Shown: positions 61,535 to 64,000 of the stretch, in pieces
Layout of the letters: every line of letters starts with the position of its first letter
How positions within the stretch are numbered: position 1 is the first letter of the stretch
Source: Klebsormidium nitens
Taxonomy: Eukaryota; Plantae; Klebsormidiophyceae
Assembly (NCBI GenBank): GCA_000708835.1
Contig: DF236975.1
Coordinates: 186,001 to 250,000, forward strand
Reading direction: 5' to 3'
DNA: 64,000 nt
Notes under the pieces: generated by a model
Database searches by the model: none
What the model was told of the DNA's origin: nothing
The model's input: the letters and a program-made list of their open reading frames with translations, nothing else
Translations under genes and position numbers: made by a program

Positions 61535-64000
61535 TCATCTCCTCCACGGCCCATCCCCCCCTTCCTGCACCAAGTCGTTCACCCACTGCAAATCCGGCTG
61601 TTCCCCCCCTCCGATCTGCCCTGCCCGTTGGCCCCCAGCCTGCCGTAAATCGCGGCCCTCAAATCCTTCCCCGACTCCACTCTCTGGGGGAGCTGAAACT
61701 CCGCCTCGTTTGCTGCTTCCCAAGGATTGCTCTGGCGGGTTGCGGGGGAGGCCGGCACGCTGATCGTCCTCCTGACAGCTGGCGAGTTCATTTGGAAGTT
61801 TGCATAGTCGAACGAGGAGCGGCGCGAGCCGTAGTCCATCGACTCCCGGTGCGAGGACCTCAGATCAATCGAGCCCCCGCGGTTATCCGAGTAACCCAAG
61901 TCGAATGACGAGCGCTGCGAAAAGCCGCCCATGTCGAACGAAGAGCGCTGCGAGGGGGGGAGGTCCATGGACGAGCGCTGGCTCTGCGGCGAGGGGGGGG
62001 GGTACTGGGGCCAATTCGCGCCGGGGGTCGACGCCCCCCGGATCTCCAGCTGGCACAAATGCGCGGCCAGAATCTCAGCCATCCGCTGCTGCGACTCGTC
62101 GTAGTGCCTGCCGGACCCCCCTGAAATGGGGATGGGAGACGAGGCGGGACTCTGGGATGCTGCGACCAGAGCAGCCGCCAGCTGAGCCTGCTGAATCTGC
62201 TCCTCGATGCTGGGCAGTTGCAAACGGGGGGGGAGGGATGAGGGACGTTCCAAACGGGGGGTTCCCGTCGGGGCCTGGCTGCGGGGGGGCATCTGATTGT
62301 TGGGGTAGTTTGAGGCTCTGTATGATTGGCGCGGGCTGAACGGTGCCGTGTGTCCCAGGGGGGACATGGGAGGGACCTGCTGACCCCCCCCCAGAGAAGG
62401 ATTCGAGTTGTAGTACGGCTGTGCGGAAGCGGGGGACCCCGGCTGGATTGGCGAGTACGCATTGTCAGGGCTGCAGGGGGGGGATGAGGGGGGGGTAACG
62501 GGGGCGGGGAAATTGCGTTGTGGCCGATGAGAATGGACGTGGGGGACGTCATTTGGCGCTTGGTGGGAGAGCCCTGCTTTTGGTGGGGTTTGTCGGCGTG
62601 GTTTGCGGCGGCGGCGGCGGCGGGGAGGAGGCGCAATTGCTCGGGGGTGTGCGCAAAGAAGCAGACCCTGCGGCGGCACTTGAGGCCGTCTTTGCAGGGC
62701 TGGGTGTGGTAGCGGGCGGGGTGGAGCCAACACTCAAAGACGCCGTGCTGGAAACAGATGTAGGAGTGTCAGTATGGCTTGTAACTTGGTTTGTCAACAT
62801 AAACCCATGCTGTTTGCTCCCTTGGACTTGAATCAGACGGAACCAGAAAACATTTCTGGATCCTGTCGGAAGTCAGGAGCAGCTTGCATAAATCACACTA
62901 GAGGAAACCCAACTCAAGAAGCAGATGTCAACCCCGATGGCATTCATGCCAAAATGTATAAAGAATGCTCTGAAGCATCTTACTTGAACCAGGAAATTCA
63001 ATGGAAGGCAATTCAAAGTGAGGGTTATGTAATACAAGCCCAACACTGAGGAACTGGGCCTGGCTTCCGTGTCTTCTTGCACATAATAGACAAGAAGCAG
63101 ATTGAGCTTACAGCAAATTCGCAGGCATCTCCCCTTCTGCAGGTCCCTTTCCGGAAGTCTGGGCAGGCGGTTCCACTGTAATGATACTTCCGGGGGTCCC
63201 TTCTGCAAACCGAGACAAATAACTTTGTTTAGAGCTGTTTTGTCCAATAATGGCCAGGACAACTGAATTGCAAGCTTACTGTGCCATGAGAGGTGGCAGG
63301 CAGTTTGAGCTAGGAAAGCATCCGGAGCAGCTGAGAACATCTACTGGGAGCTTGATAAGGGTCTGCAAAAGACCCAGCATGCAGTAGTCACCAAAATGAT
63401 GGCTACTTCAAATACCAGGCTTTCTTGTTGGAGTGTCCAATGAAGAGTAACTCTGAACAGCTCAACCTCCGACAGTGAAAGCTAGACTCAATCTGGAACA
63501 AAGAACTTCTCCCCATTTCCTTTGCTGGCAATCCAAGTTGCATCAAGAGGCCTATCACCAGATAAACCTGCTGACAGGCGGAAGCAGAATGTGCCGCCTT
63601 CTGGACAAGCCAGGTAAGGGGGGTGACATTCGAGCTGAGATGTTCCAGAAACCTTCAATATGCTCATCATTGCACGCATAAAGGTTGGAATCTGGCTCAA
63701 GGTAAAATCATGAGCTGGCACAGTAGACTGCTTGATGCTGGCTCCAGCTTCTAAACCGAGCTGAACTGAGCTAACCTCACCTTCTTGCCTTCTCCCCAGG
63801 GTGCGCAAAGGGACACTCGGTCCAGTCATGGCTGCGTCCCCTCATGCAGCGCCGCACCTTAAACTCGTACATCCGAAACTGATCACATGAGTAGATGTCG
63901 AGACCGCCCTCGCCCTTCTCATGCCCCCACTGCTCATCGTCAGTGTCCTTCCTCGGACCAAAAGCAGACATGGCCCTCTCTACTTCTGCATCCAGGTACT
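61535..64000 (-). CDS. RR-type tandem CCCH zinc-finger (TZF) protein, 5' end outside the window; two apparent 1-nt frameshifts
   Basis: Exons >64000-63781, 63202-63112 and 62747-61535. Motifs: [123 protein letters not shown] and [10 protein letters not shown]. These lie in three different frames in the last exon. Confidence 0.92.

Overview
Eukaryotic nuclear DNA with many introns, GC-rich exons and GT-AG introns. The gene set combines land-plant-type SF1, RR-TZF, COG5 and GT47 with a flagellar-type Roadblock/LC7 light chain, and TTTTAGGG-like motifs occur. This points to a streptophyte alga, probably Klebsormidium (inference, no search run). Nine protein-coding genes were reconstructed by manual splicing: a two-domain GNAT acetyltransferase (-), a GT47/MUR3-like glycosyltransferase (+), a ~30-exon NPC1 sterol transporter (-) with a decayed transposon-like element in a 5.7 kb intron, a 2OG-Fe(II) dioxygenase head-to-head with NPC1 (+), Roadblock/LC7 (+), SF1/BBP (-), a small CX9C cysteine protein (+), COG5 (+) and a 5'-truncated RR-TZF CCCH protein (-). 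The best leads are: (1) the intronless CX9C ORF stops only 153 nt before the COG5 ATG, a candidate bicistronic locus; (2) repeated tandem duplication and decay of splice junctions in COG5 and NPC1; (3) a mosaic plastid-DNA insertion (petA + rpoC2, possibly rpoA) between two divergent genes; (4) two homopolymer frameshifts in the TZF gene. All family assignments come from motif recognition by eye. Internal exon boundaries may be off by a few nt.
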